Positions 1-13,549 of a DNA stretch of 64,000 bases are shown one piece after another. Origin of the DNA: Elusimicrobiota bacterium. Lineage in GTDB: Bacteria > Elusimicrobiota > Elusimicrobia > UBA1565. The translations under genes and the position numbers were made by a program. The DNA is taken from NCBI GenBank assembly GCA_016196755.1, contig JACPXC010000010.1, positions 7,802 through 71,801 of the forward strand, given 5' to 3'. Below the pieces are notes generated by a model, which was given only the letters and a program-made list of their open reading frames with translations, made no database searches and was not told the DNA's origin. Within the stretch, counting starts at the first letter, position 1. Each line of letters opens with the position of its first letter.

Positions 1-1533
1 TTGAGCCCGGAGGCCATCTTCCTCTCCGAGGTCAAAGCCGAGAAGGGGCGCCCCCAGGTCATGCACCTGCTGAAGCTCCCGATGCCGGGCTCCTCGGCGG
101 GCAAGCAGACCAAGACCGCGGCCACGCTGAGCTCCGATTTCCTCGCCGACATCGACAAGGTGGCGGCCGTCATCTCCAAGGCGCTCTCCGAGGGCTCGTG
201 GAAGTCCAAGCACGCCATGGTCTCGCTCTCCAGCGAGTTCGGCATACTGCGCTTCTTCACGATGCCGTGGATGGACCGCCGGTTCTGGAAGAGCGCGGTC
301 CCGGTGGAGGCCAAAAAGTACATTCCTATCCCCTTCCAGACCCTGGCCTCGGATTTTCAGGTCTTCGCCCTGCCGCCGGGGGCCGACAAGAAGCCGCGCC
401 TCGGCGCGCTCTACGGCGTCACCCAGCGCAAGAGCCTCGAGAGCCTGCGCAAACTCGTCGAGAAGCTGGGGCTCATCCTCGTCGGCACCGAGCTGGCCCC
501 GGTCTCGGTCGAGCGGCTCTGGGACACTCTTTCCCCGGAGACCGCGGCGACCTCCTATGCGCAGGTCCACTTCGACGGGGGCCAGACTCGGATCCTGGTC
601 TCCGACAAGGGCGTCCCGGTCTTCTACCGCGAGGTCCTGCTGGCCGACGATGCCACCGTCATGGACCGCCGCAAGGTGGACCTGGTGGGCTGCGTCGACT
701 TCACGCGCAAGCAGTTGGGTTTGGGAGAGCCCAAGAACGCGCGTGTCAGCGGCCAGGTCGGCGACATCAAATCCTGGCAGGACGCGTTCGCGCAGGACCT
801 GGGCCAGCCGGTCGCCTACCAAGACACCGACAAGCTCCTGGGTCTGCGCGGCGGCCAGTGGGGCGGCTACGCCTCGATCGGCGCGGCCCTGCGCCACCTC
901 GTCGGCGGCAGCCTGTCGCTGGACCTGAGCGCTATCGGCAAGATCTCCGACGAGGACCGCCGGGCCGCCACGACGATCCTGACCATCGGGGCCGCGCTCA
1001 CCGGCATCATGGTGCTCGTCGGCGGGACCCGCACGGCCATGCTGCACAGCTCCGAGGCCAAGCTCAAGCTGCTGACCACCGAGGGCGGGGTCTACACCGT
1101 GTTCCGCGGCAAGAAGGCCGAGGACATCGCGAACATCATCACCAGCATGCGCGACAAGATCAACTCTTTCGGCGCCCTGACCGCCCAGCAGACCCCTCTG
1201 ACCCGCATCTTCGAGATCATCGCCGAGCGCATCCCCGAGTCGGCCTGGGTCAACGACATCAAGTACGAGAACCCGCTCTCGCTCGACGGCCGCAGGTCCC
1301 TGCGCGTGCTCACCTTGAGCGGCGCGGTGTCCGACAAGAGCCGGGCCATCGAGCAGGAGGTCGCCTACCGGCTCGGCGACAACCTGCGCTCCGACCCGCG
1401 CTTCCTCGAGGCCTTCCCGGTCATCGAGCCCTCCGTCGAGGCCCCGTCCGAGAAGGACAGCGGCGAGGACTCCAAGAAGGTCACGACCTACGTGATCAAG
1501 TGCACCAGCCGCAAGGAGCGGACCGGTGCCTAG
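1..1533 (+). CDS. pilM: Type IV pilus assembly protein, PilM (actin-like) fused to a TM segment and a PilN-like domain; probably 5'-truncated by the window edge
   Basis: PilM-like motifs (RFFTMP, EAKKYIPIP...DFQV, VHFDGGQTRI, FYREV), then a TM helix and a PilN-like IPESAWVNDI / LTLSG segment. It is the first gene of a pilMNOPQ-type operon. Confidence 0.75.
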   Translation: MSPEAIFLSEVKAEKGRPQVMHLLKLPMPGSSAGKQTKTAATLSSDFLADIDKVAAVISKALSEGSWKSKHAMVSLSSEFGILRFFTMPWMDRRFWKSAVPVEAKKYIPIPFQTLASDFQVFALPPGADKKPRLGALYGVTQRKSLESLRKLVEKLGLILVGTELAPVSVERLWDTLSPETAATSYAQVHFDGGQTRILVSDKGVPVFYREVLLADDATVMDRRKVDLVGCVDFTRKQLGLGEPKNARVSGQVGDIKSWQDAFAQDLGQPVAYQDTDKLLGLRGGQWGGYASIGAALRHLVGGSLSLDLSAIGKISDEDRRAATTILTIGAALTGIMVLVGGTRTAMLHSSEAKLKLLTTEGGVYTVFRGKKAEDIANIITSMRDKINSFGALTAQQTPLTRIFEIIAERIPESAWVNDIKYENPLSLDGRRSLRVLTLSGAVSDKSRAIEQEVAYRLGDNLRSDPRFLEAFPVIEPSVEAPSEKDSGEDSKKVTTYVIKCTSRKERTGA

Positions 1534-2122
1534 CGTCTCGCTCGGCAAGGCCGACGTCCAGCGCTGGGTGTCGACGGCCGGCACAGAGCTCACCGTCCTG
1601 CGCGACCAGTTCCGCGAGCGCGGCTACAAGTTCTTCATCCGGCCCCTCGGCATGGCCGGGGCGGCGATGCTGGTCGGCTACTATTACGTCTACCTGCCGC
1701 CGCTTGCCCGCGCCTCGAAGGTGGCCGTCGAGCTGGGGGCGGCCCAGGCCACGGCCCAGTACGCCGAGGACTACAAGAACCTCACGGCCCGCCTCGACGG
1801 CCTCTACACCAAGCTGCCGCGCACCGACGATCCCCAGGGCTGGATCCTGGCGGAGGTCCGCAAGACGCTGCGCCAGGAGGGCATCGTCCCGCTCTCGATC
1901 TCCACGCCGACCGACGCCCCGCGGGGAGAGTATCGCTTCATCTCGATCCAGGTCCGCTGCCAGGCCAACTACCCCCAGATCGCCTCGTGGATCTCGCGCC
2001 TCGAGCGCAACGAGTCGATCCTCTTCGTCTCCGAGCTCATCCTGCGCAAGGAAAGCGAGCCGATCGGCTCCAACACCCTCGACGTGACCATCACCACCGT
2101 CGTGCCCAAGGGGGGCGCGTGA
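1526..2122 (+). CDS. pilO: Type IV pilus biogenesis protein PilO
   Basis: N-terminal TM, coiled coil, KLP motif and YPQIASWISRLE ferredoxin-like PilO core; operon position fits. Confidence 0.75.
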   Translation: MPSVSLGKADVQRWVSTAGTELTVLRDQFRERGYKFFIRPLGMAGAAMLVGYYYVYLPPLARASKVAVELGAAQATAQYAEDYKNLTARLDGLYTKLPRTDDPQGWILAEVRKTLRQEGIVPLSISTPTDAPRGEYRFISIQVRCQANYPQIASWISRLERNESILFVSELILRKESEPIGSNTLDVTITTVVPKGGA

Positions 2123-2832
2123 AAGGCAAGGGGCTGGGCTGGGTGATCCTGCTCGGGGCCCTGGCCGTCCCGGCCGTCCTGTTCTTTAAGTGGTGGACCC
2201 AGATGAAAGCGGCCCAGGGCGTCGAGGCCCGCCAGACGCCTCCAGCCGGCGCTCCCTTCGGCGTGCCGGCAGCCTCCCCGCAGGCCGCCCCCATAGCCTC
2301 GGAGGCGGCACTTCCTCGCGATGACGCTCCGTCGCCCGCGCCCGTCCCTGAGACGCCTCCCGCGCAGGCGGCGCCCGAGCCCGCGTTGCCGGCGGAGCCG
2401 GCTCCGGCCCCCGTCGCCGCGGCGCCAACCCTGCTCGCCCAGGCGCCGGTCGAGACGCCTCCGATCGAAGAGCCGAGCAAGCCCCAGGCCATCGAGTACA
2501 TGCCCAAGACCTCGCGCGACCCGATGCTCTCGGTCTCCGACCTGCGCGAGCTCGCCAAGATCAAGTACCAGAAGGAGATGTCCCAGCGTCAGGTCGAAGA
2601 GGCGGCCAAGCCGCCGGAGGAGCCCGCCGCGCCGCCGCCGCGCGCGCTCTGCGAGACCCTCGAGCTGCAGGGCATCATCGGGACCGGCGGCGACGTCGCG
2701 GCCATCGTCAACGACAAGATCGTCCGCGAGGGAGACTCCCTCGGCGGCGGCGTCGTCGTCGAGCGCCTGACGACCCGCACGATTGTCTTTAAGAAGGGCC
2801 GGAAGACGTGCAACAAACGGGTGAGCAAATAG
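2119..2832 (+). CDS. PilP/GspC-like membrane-anchored assembly protein with Pro/Ala-rich linker
   Basis: GTG start overlaps the pilO stop (GTGA). N-terminal TM, RDPM motif and C-terminal LQGII...AIVNDKIVREGD beta domain. Confidence 0.6.
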   Translation: MKGKGLGWVILLGALAVPAVLFFKWWTQMKAAQGVEARQTPPAGAPFGVPAASPQAAPIASEAALPRDDAPSPAPVPETPPAQAAPEPALPAEPAPAPVAAAPTLLAQAPVETPPIEEPSKPQAIEYMPKTSRDPMLSVSDLRELAKIKYQKEMSQRQVEEAAKPPEEPAAPPPRALCETLELQGIIGTGGDVAAIVNDKIVREGDSLGGGVVVERLTTRTIVFKKGRKTCNKRVSK

Positions 2833-2870
2833 CGATCAGCATTCTCCGGCTCGGCCGGGAGGACGCAACG

Positions 2871-4709
<1,839 letters not shown>

Positions 4710-4711
4710 TA

Positions 4712-4740
4712 TTGACAGCCCCCAGGACCGCCGTTATCAT
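4712..4740 (+). promoter_or_regulatory. Sigma70-type promoter of the pilin gene (leaderless)
   Basis: TTGACA (4712-4717), 17-nt spacer, TATCAT (4735-4740), then 6 nt to ATG 4747. Confidence 0.8.
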
Positions 4741-4746
4741 TGCGGT

Positions 4747-5238
4747 ATGAAGATCCGCCGCCGCCAAGCCGGGTTCACGCTCATCGAGCTGGTCGTCGTC
4801 GTCCTGATCATCGGGATCCTGGGTGCCGTGATGGTCCCCGGCTACACCAAGAGCGTCGAGACCTCGAAGGCCGACGACGCCGCGGCGGTCGTCCAGATGA
4901 TCGGGCAGTCCAACCGGATGTTCCGGCTCGACAACAACGCCTACGTGGCCAACGGGACGCTGACCGACTCGATGAACTCGGGGACCTGCACCGCCGGGAC
5001 GACCACGACAGGCCAGCTCATCGCCTGCAACTACCTGGCCTCGCGGAAGTGGGACGGCCTGGCCTATGCCTACTCGGTGGGCACCTCGGTGACGTGCAGC
5101 ATCCCGGGGGCCACCGCAGGCATCGCCTGCGCCAAGCGCACGGGCACGGCGGGCTCGACCTACCTCAACTGGGGCTACGTGATGGACGCCAACGGGCTGG
5201 TCAGCTATTACAACGGCGCGCCCTCACCCCACAATTAG
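4747..5238 (+). CDS. Type IV pilin (prepilin N-methylation domain)
   Basis: MKIRRRQAG|FTLIELVVVVLIIGIL class III signal peptide with E5; Cys pairs in the head domain. Confidence 0.92.
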   Translation: MKIRRRQAGFTLIELVVVVLIIGILGAVMVPGYTKSVETSKADDAAAVVQMIGQSNRMFRLDNNAYVANGTLTDSMNSGTCTAGTTTTGQLIACNYLASRKWDGLAYAYSVGTSVTCSIPGATAGIACAKRTGTAGSTYLNWGYVMDANGLVSYYNGAPSPHN

Positions 5239-6212
5239 GCCGGCGTAACCGTCTCGCGGAGCGCCTTGAGCGCGCGCTCGTGCGCCGCGTAGGCGCCCAA
5301 CCCCAGCCCGGCCCAGGCCAGCTCGCGCGCATGGCGCACGAGCCCGAACGCCAATCCGGCGCGGGGAGGGAGCCCGAGGAGCCCGAAGACCAGGGTCTTG
5401 CCGGCCTCCTGGGTACCGACCTTGGCGGGGACCATGAAGAGCAGGGCGTCGATCACGTTCGAGAGGACCTCGATGCGCAGAGCCGTCGTGAGGTCGATCG
5501 GGACCCCGAGGGCGCGGGCGATGAGCCAGGCCTCGCCGAGGTTCCAGGCGTAGCCCCCGGCGAAAAGGACCACCGAGGCCGCCGAGCGCAGAGGGTGGTC
5601 GGCCAGGAGGGCCAGCAGGTCCCCCGGCAGGCGGCTGACCCAGCCTCTCCAGCCCGGGCGCCCTGCGGCGGGTCCGGCCTGGACGCGGCGCCGCCCCCGC
5701 GGCCATAACCAGACGCCTACAGCACCCACGGCGCAGACGGCTAGGGCGGCCCGGGCGGGCGACTCGTAGGGCGCCACGGCGGGGACCGCCCCGCCGAAGG
5801 CCCAGCCCAGCCCCACGCAGATGAAGAGGACCTGGGCCAACCCCTGGGCGAACTTCGCCGCGACGACGCCGTTGACGCGTACCGCCATCGGTTGGGAGTC
5901 GCTCAAGAGGCTGGCGCGCGCGAACTCGCCCGCTATCGTCGCGCTGGGCGTCAGGTAGTTGACACCGTCGCCCATGACGCGGTAGCGCAGGAGGTCTCTC
6001 AGAGAGAAGGAGGCGGCGTGCTCGGGTCGGAAGGCGCAGCGCCAGGCCCAGGCGTTGAACAGGTGCGCCCCGAGCTCCTGGAACAGGATCGGGACGAAAA
6101 GCCAGCCGACCTGGAGGGTCATGGCCAGCGTCTCGGCGGGGTCCAACTGCCAGAGCAGGAAGGCCAGCATCACCAGGCCAGCGGCAAGGACGGCTTTCTT
6201 GACGAGGCTCAT
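5235..6212 (-). CDS. Lysylphosphatidylglycerol synthase TM / flippase-like membrane protein (UPF0104)
   Basis: Multi-TM protein with NYLTPSATIAGEFAR and VPAKVGTQEAG motifs. The ORF extension beyond 6212 lies inside the inverted repeat. Confidence 0.75.
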   Translation of the reverse strand: MSLVKKAVLAAGLVMLAFLLWQLDPAETLAMTLQVGWLFVPILFQELGAHLFNAWAWRCAFRPEHAASFSLRDLLRYRVMGDGVNYLTPSATIAGEFARASLLSDSQPMAVRVNGVVAAKFAQGLAQVLFICVGLGWAFGGAVPAVAPYESPARAALAVCAVGAVGVWLWPRGRRRVQAGPAAGRPGWRGWVSRLPGDLLALLADHPLRSAASVVLFAGGYAWNLGEAWLIARALGVPIDLTTALRIEVLSNVIDALLFMVPAKVGTQEAGKTLVFGLLGLPPRAGLAFGLVRHARELAWAGLGLGAYAAHERALKALRETVTPA

Positions 6213-6215
6213 ACT

Positions 6216-6726
6216 GGTGCCATACATTGAGAAGTTGAGAAGTTCGACTCCCGGCACGAAGGTGTGGGTGGGGTCCTAGAACGCCTACAGGAGATCAATT
6301 TACGCGCTTTGGGCGCGTGGATCGAAGGATTGCGATACGGCCGCAATCCTTCGATCAGGAGCAATGAACGGCAATCGGCAATAGGGTTGGCAAGCCTGCG
6401 TGCACGCTTCGCGCACGGATACGGGCCGTTCAAAGACCAAATCACAGGCTGATTCGGAGAGATATCCACCGAGCTGTCCACGTGGACAGTTCCATCAGCG
6501 CCGCGCGCGAAGCGTGCACGCAGCTCGCCGACTCCTTCCGGCGTTCTCCGTTCCAGATCCTCGAATTGCCGGTCGTTCGGCAATTCGAGGATCCACGCGC
6601 CCGAGGCGCGAAAATTTGCATTGGCTCTCATCCCCGCATTGCTCAGCCCTGGTAGCCCAGAGTTCAGTGGCATGATCCAGAAGTTCTATGGACAACGAAC
6701 TTCTCAACTTCTCAATGTATGGCACC
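6216..6726. mobile_element. Non-coding element with perfect 31-bp terminal inverted repeats and nested internal symmetry (MITE/REPIN-like or structured ncRNA)
   Basis: 6216-6246 GGTGCCATACATTGAGAAGTTGAGAAGTTCG is the exact reverse complement of 6696-6726. Inner IR pairs at 6297-6319/6594-6616 and 6396-6418/6501-6523; hairpins at 6320-6356 and 6556-6593. More A/T-rich than the flanks. Confidence 0.7.
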
Positions 6727-6798
6727 GATGGGTGGCCCCGATGGGAATTCTACAAAATGGGGTGGCGGGAGGCCGGGCCTGGGGGCTATACTGCCGAT

Positions 6799-7725
6799 GT
6801 GCGCCGAGGCCCGACGCTGTGGCTGATCCTCCTGCTCGCCTCCGCGGCCGGCGCCGAGCCTCAGCGCTGGCACGAGACCCTGAGCCCGCACTTCCAGGTC
6901 CGCCATGAGGCCGCCTTCGCGCCGCAGGGCCTGACCCTCGACCTCGAGAAGCTCCACAACCGCCTTCGGCTCGACCTGTCGATGTTCGCGCCCTGGATGG
7001 CCAAGGAGCGCATCAACCTATACCTCTACGCCGCTCAGGCCAGCTATCTCCGGGGCCGCTTCCAGCCCCCGTCGTGGTCTAACGGGGTGGCCTTCTACCG
7101 AGACCGGACCGTCGTCACGTTCTCGGGACAGGAGGAGGGCAAGCTCATGCAGGTTCTCGGTCACGAGGCCACCCATCTGCTCTTCGAGGGCTACTGGGGG
7201 GAGCAGGGGAAGACCCCGCCGGTATGGCTCAACGAGGGCCTGGCGATGATGGAGGAGACCGACGCGGAGGGGGCGGCCGGCTCGGACTGGCGCCGGGCCA
7301 TCGAGGCCATGGACCCCAAGGACCTCATGCCGCTGGCGCGCTTCACGAAGATCTCCCCGACCAACGACCTCAAGGACGACCGGCGCGCCGTCACGTTCTG
7401 GTACGTGCAGGCCTACGGCCTGGTCAACTTCCTCTACCGCAGCCGTCCGCGCATGCAGTTCTTCAACTTCTGCGCTCAGCTCCGCGACGGGCGTACGCTC
7501 GAGGAGGCGGTCTGGAAGGTCTACCGCCTCAGGGGCCTGGCCGCGCTGGAGCGCGAGTTCCGGGCGTCGCTGGACCGCCCGGGGCGGCGCGGCCAGATAT
7601 CCTTCGCCCCGCCCTCCGCCTCCGCAGTGCCGCCGCCCTCGGGCCGCGGCGTGCCCATGACCCTCAAGCCCATCGACTTCGGGGACGCCGCCTTCAAGAG
7701 CCTGATGCCCGACGAGAAGAGATAG
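6799..7725 (+). CDS. Secreted gluzincin metallopeptidase (Peptidase MA-like)
   Basis: Signal peptide, HEATH zinc motif, PVWLNEGLA third ligand and YVQAYGLVNFL. GTG start 6 nt after TATACT (6787-6792). Confidence 0.75.
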   Translation: MRRGPTLWLILLLASAAGAEPQRWHETLSPHFQVRHEAAFAPQGLTLDLEKLHNRLRLDLSMFAPWMAKERINLYLYAAQASYLRGRFQPPSWSNGVAFYRDRTVVTFSGQEEGKLMQVLGHEATHLLFEGYWGEQGKTPPVWLNEGLAMMEETDAEGAAGSDWRRAIEAMDPKDLMPLARFTKISPTNDLKDDRRAVTFWYVQAYGLVNFLYRSRPRMQFFNFCAQLRDGRTLEEAVWKVYRLRGLAALEREFRASLDRPGRRGQISFAPPSASAVPPPSGRGVPMTLKPIDFGDAAFKSLMPDEKR

Positions 7726-7728
7726 GGC

Positions 7729-10557
<2,829 letters not shown>

Positions 10558-10559
10558 GG

Positions 10560-12206
10560 CTACGGCCGTCCGGCTTCCTGGCCGGCCAGGGTCCGCCCGA
10601 GGCCCCGCGACACCGAGGAGTCCCGGCGCTCGCCCTCGAGGATCTCGGGGTAGTCCACCGTGAAGTGCAGGCCGCGGCTCTCGCGCCTCGAGAGGGCGCA
10701 GCCGACGATGAGCTCGGCCAGGAGGGCGATGTTGCGCAGCTCGATGAGGTCCCGGGTCAGGAGGTAGCGCCAATAGTACTCCGAGACCTCGCGGCTGGCC
10801 GTGGCCAGCCGCTCCTGGGCCTGGCGCAGGCGCCGGTCGGAGCGCACGATTCCCACGTAGTTCCAGGTGACGCGCCGGATCGAGTCCCAGTTCTGCTCGA
10901 CGACCACGGCCTCCTCGGAAGGCACGGCCCCCTTGGTGTCCCAGTCCAAGACGCGCGGCAGCGCGCGCCGGCTCTCGGTCTCCCAGTCCGCGGCCAACGA
11001 CCGCGCCAGCCGGTGCGCCACGACGGCGCCCTCGAGCAGGGAGTTCGAGGCCAGGCGGTTGGCGCCGTGCAGGCCGGTGTGGGCGGTCTCGCCTACCGCG
11101 AAGAGGCCGGGCATCGCGGTGCGCCCGTCGGGCGCGGTCTCCACCCCGCCGCAGAAGAAGTGCGCGGCGGGGACGACCGGCAGAGGGTCCTTGGCCATGT
11201 CGAGGCCGAACTCGCGGCAGCGCGCGTCGATCGTCGGGAAGCGCTTCTCGAGGAAGTCTCGGGGCCGCGAGGTCATGTCCAGCCAGAGGTGGGGGGCGCC
11301 GGAGCGCTTCATCTCGGCATCGATGGCGCGGGCCACGACGTCGCGGGGTGCCAGGTCCTTCAAAGGATGCTCGCCCTCCATCAGGCGCTTGCCGCCCTTT
11401 GTCAGCAGGACTCCGCCCTCGCCGCGCAGGGCCTCGGAAAGCAGGAAGCGCCGGCCCGACTCGTCGGGACCGCCGGGGTTGTAGAGGCAGGTGGGATGGA
11501 ACTGGACGAACTCGAGGTTGCGGAGCTCGAGGCCGGCGCGAAACGACATCGCCATCCCGTCGCCGGTGGCCACGTCGGGGTTCGAGGTGTAGAGGTAGAC
11601 CTTGCCCGCTCCGCCGGTGGCCAAGACGACCACTCGGGCCTTGAAGGTGGCCACGGTCCCCGAGGGGGTCAGGATATAGGCGCCTAGGCAGCGGTTGCGC
11701 TGCGGGGGGGCCTCCGAGGGATGGCGCTCGAGGATGAGGTCGACGGCGGCGTGGTTCTCGTAGACCTTGATCGCGGGGTGCGCCCGACAGGCCTCGATGA
11801 GGGCGCGCTGGATCTCGCGGCCGGTCAGGTCGCCGGCGTGGAGGATCCGGCGCTGGGAGTGGCCGCCCTCCAGGCCCAGGTCCGGGCTGACGTCGCCGCC
11901 GCTGAAGCGCACCCCCGCCGAGACCAGGCGCTTGATGCAGTCCGGCCCCTCGGCCACGATGCCGCGCACGACGTCCTCCCGGCACAGACCGGCCCCGGCC
12001 TCCAGGGTGTCGCGGACGTGCGAGTCGAAGGAGTCTTCGGGGCCGGTGACGGCGGCGATGCCGCCCTGGGCGTAGCTCGAGTTCGAGCGCATGAGCTCGT
12101 CCTTGGTCACCACGCTGACGCTGCCCAGCGACGCGAGCTCGGCGGCGGCCGAGAGTCCGGCGATGCCGCTGCCCAGGATCAAAAAGTCGGTTTCTACGGC
12201 GTTCAT
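10560..12206 (-). CDS. nadB: L-aspartate oxidase
   Basis: GSGIAG FAD motif, SNSSYAQGGIA, EGGHSQRRILH, QFHPT, HGANRLASNSLLE, ESRGLH. Confidence 0.95.
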   Translation of the reverse strand: MNAVETDFLILGSGIAGLSAAAELASLGSVSVVTKDELMRSNSSYAQGGIAAVTGPEDSFDSHVRDTLEAGAGLCREDVVRGIVAEGPDCIKRLVSAGVRFSGGDVSPDLGLEGGHSQRRILHAGDLTGREIQRALIEACRAHPAIKVYENHAAVDLILERHPSEAPPQRNRCLGAYILTPSGTVATFKARVVVLATGGAGKVYLYTSNPDVATGDGMAMSFRAGLELRNLEFVQFHPTCLYNPGGPDESGRRFLLSEALRGEGGVLLTKGGKRLMEGEHPLKDLAPRDVVARAIDAEMKRSGAPHLWLDMTSRPRDFLEKRFPTIDARCREFGLDMAKDPLPVVPAAHFFCGGVETAPDGRTAMPGLFAVGETAHTGLHGANRLASNSLLEGAVVAHRLARSLAADWETESRRALPRVLDWDTKGAVPSEEAVVVEQNWDSIRRVTWNYVGIVRSDRRLRQAQERLATASREVSEYYWRYLLTRDLIELRNIALLAELIVGCALSRRESRGLHFTVDYPEILEGERRDSSVSRGLGRTLAGQEAGRP

Positions 12207-12260
12207 CGACGGGGGAATGTGCTACGATGCTACCAGTTTCACGACGGCCCGTCCACGCGC

Positions 12261-12785
12261 ATGATCCGCACCTTCGGACCTCATAGACCGAGAATCCATC
12301 CGACGGCCTTCGTCCACGATTCGGCGGAGGTGATCGGCAAGGTCAGCCTGGCCGCCCGCTCGTCGGTCTGGCCGCTCTGCGTCCTGCGCGGCGATGAGGA
12401 ACCCATCGTGATCGGTCCCGAGTCCAACCTCCAGGACCTCAGCGTCATCCACACCCGCGCAGGCCACCCGACCGTCCTCGGCCGGCGCGTGACGGTCGGC
12501 CACCGCGTCGTCCTGCACGGCTGCCGGATCGCCGACGGCGCGCTCATCGGGATGGGAGCCGTCGTCATGGAGGCCCGGATCGGCAAAGAGTGCCTGATCG
12601 GCGCCGGCGCCGTCGTCCCGCCGGGAGCCGTCATTGCGGCGCGCCGGCTCGTGGTCGGGGTCCCGGCCCGCGTGGTCCGGCCGCTCACCCCCAAGGAGCT
12701 CCGCGAGGTCCGGGCCGGCATGCGCGAGTACCTCCACCTTTCCAAGATCCACCGCGCCGACTCGAAGCCGGTCTTCCCGCGATGA
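12261..12785 (+). CDS. Gamma-carbonic anhydrase family protein (YrdA/PaaY-like)
   Basis: Hexapeptide repeats; LRGD, SNLQD, TVGHRVVLHGC motifs. Confidence 0.88.
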   Translation: MIRTFGPHRPRIHPTAFVHDSAEVIGKVSLAARSSVWPLCVLRGDEEPIVIGPESNLQDLSVIHTRAGHPTVLGRRVTVGHRVVLHGCRIADGALIGMGAVVMEARIGKECLIGAGAVVPPGAVIAARRLVVGVPARVVRPLTPKELREVRAGMREYLHLSKIHRADSKPVFPR

Positions 12786-13549
12786 GCCTCCTCGTGGCCG
12801 CCCTCGTCGGCGCGGCCGCCGGCTGGGCCGGGGCGCGGGCCGCTCAGCGCCGGCGGGAGCTGCGGCTCGCCAGGCTCTTGTCCTTCGCCGCCCACGAGGT
12901 CAACAGCCCCCTGGCCTCCCTCAAGCTCACCTCGGCGGGCTTCCTGCAGGAGCTCTACGGCCCGGTCTCGCCGTCCCACCGGCCCTGGCTGGCGATGATC
13001 CAGGAGCAGACCACGCGCTGCGAGGCGCTGGTAGGCGACCTGCGCGACTTCATCCACCTCGAGATCCACCGCGACCTGGGCCTGCACCTCGAGCCCACCG
13101 ACTTCAAGGAGCTGCTCGAGGAGGCCGTGGCGGCCATGTCGACCGCCTTCGGGCGCGCGGACGCTCCGCTGGATGCTTCGATCCCGGCGGGCCTGCCCGA
13201 ACTCGACGCCGATCCGGACCGCCTGCGGCGCATCGTGCTGGCGATGCTGGCCCACGCCAAGAAGTTCCGGGCCAAGGACGCCGTGAAGGTGGTCGCGACC
13301 TCGAAGCCCGGCGGCGTCGAGGTCGCGGTGTCCTTCACGTCCCTGCCCATCCCCGCCGACGGCCGCGCGGCGATGCTCGACCTGTGGCAACCGGCCCTGG
13401 CGCGCGAGGGCCGCGGCACCTCCTGCGTGGGCCTCGGTCTCGGCTTCGCCGCGCGCCTGGCCGCGCTCCACGGCGGAGCGCTCGATTTCTCGCTCGACGA
13501 CGCCGGCGCCTGCCGGATCGTCCTGCGCCTTCCAGGGAGGGCGGCATGA
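12782..13549 (+). CDS. Membrane-anchored histidine-kinase-like protein with degenerate ATPase boxes
   Basis: H-box AHEVNSPL, ADPDRLRRI and G2 GLGLG are present; N and G1 boxes are altered. ATGA overlap with the upstream gene. Confidence 0.75.
   Translation: MSLLVAALVGAAAGWAGARAAQRRRELRLARLLSFAAHEVNSPLASLKLTSAGFLQELYGPVSPSHRPWLAMIQEQTTRCEALVGDLRDFIHLEIHRDLGLHLEPTDFKELLEEAVAAMSTAFGRADAPLDASIPAGLPELDADPDRLRRIVLAMLAHAKKFRAKDAVKVVATSKPGGVEVAVSFTSLPIPADGRAAMLDLWQPALAREGRGTSCVGLGLGFAARLAALHGGALDFSLDDAGACRIVLRLPGRAA

Noticed and set aside
6209..6725. ORFs inside the IR element (6209-6673 -, 6264-6452 +, 6400-6675 +, 6495-6725 -) and the ELLNFSMYGT N-termini of the flanking ORFs
   Set aside because: They have no recognisable motifs and atypical codon usage. 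The shared peptide is just the inverted repeat translated outward on both sides.
6216..6726. Possible tmRNA, RNase P RNA, SRP RNA, retron ncRNA or autonomous IS
   Set aside because: It has no tRNA-like ends, no GAGGAAAGTCC and no SRP loop motif. No reverse transcriptase or transposase is in or near it.
10558..11985. Apparent 1418-aa UvrA with a long N-terminal extension (similar cases: LpxK 775 aa, QueA 526 aa, OtsB 525 aa)
   Set aside because: The extensions are off-frame read-through of upstream genes. The true starts coincide with family N-termini and stop/start overlaps.
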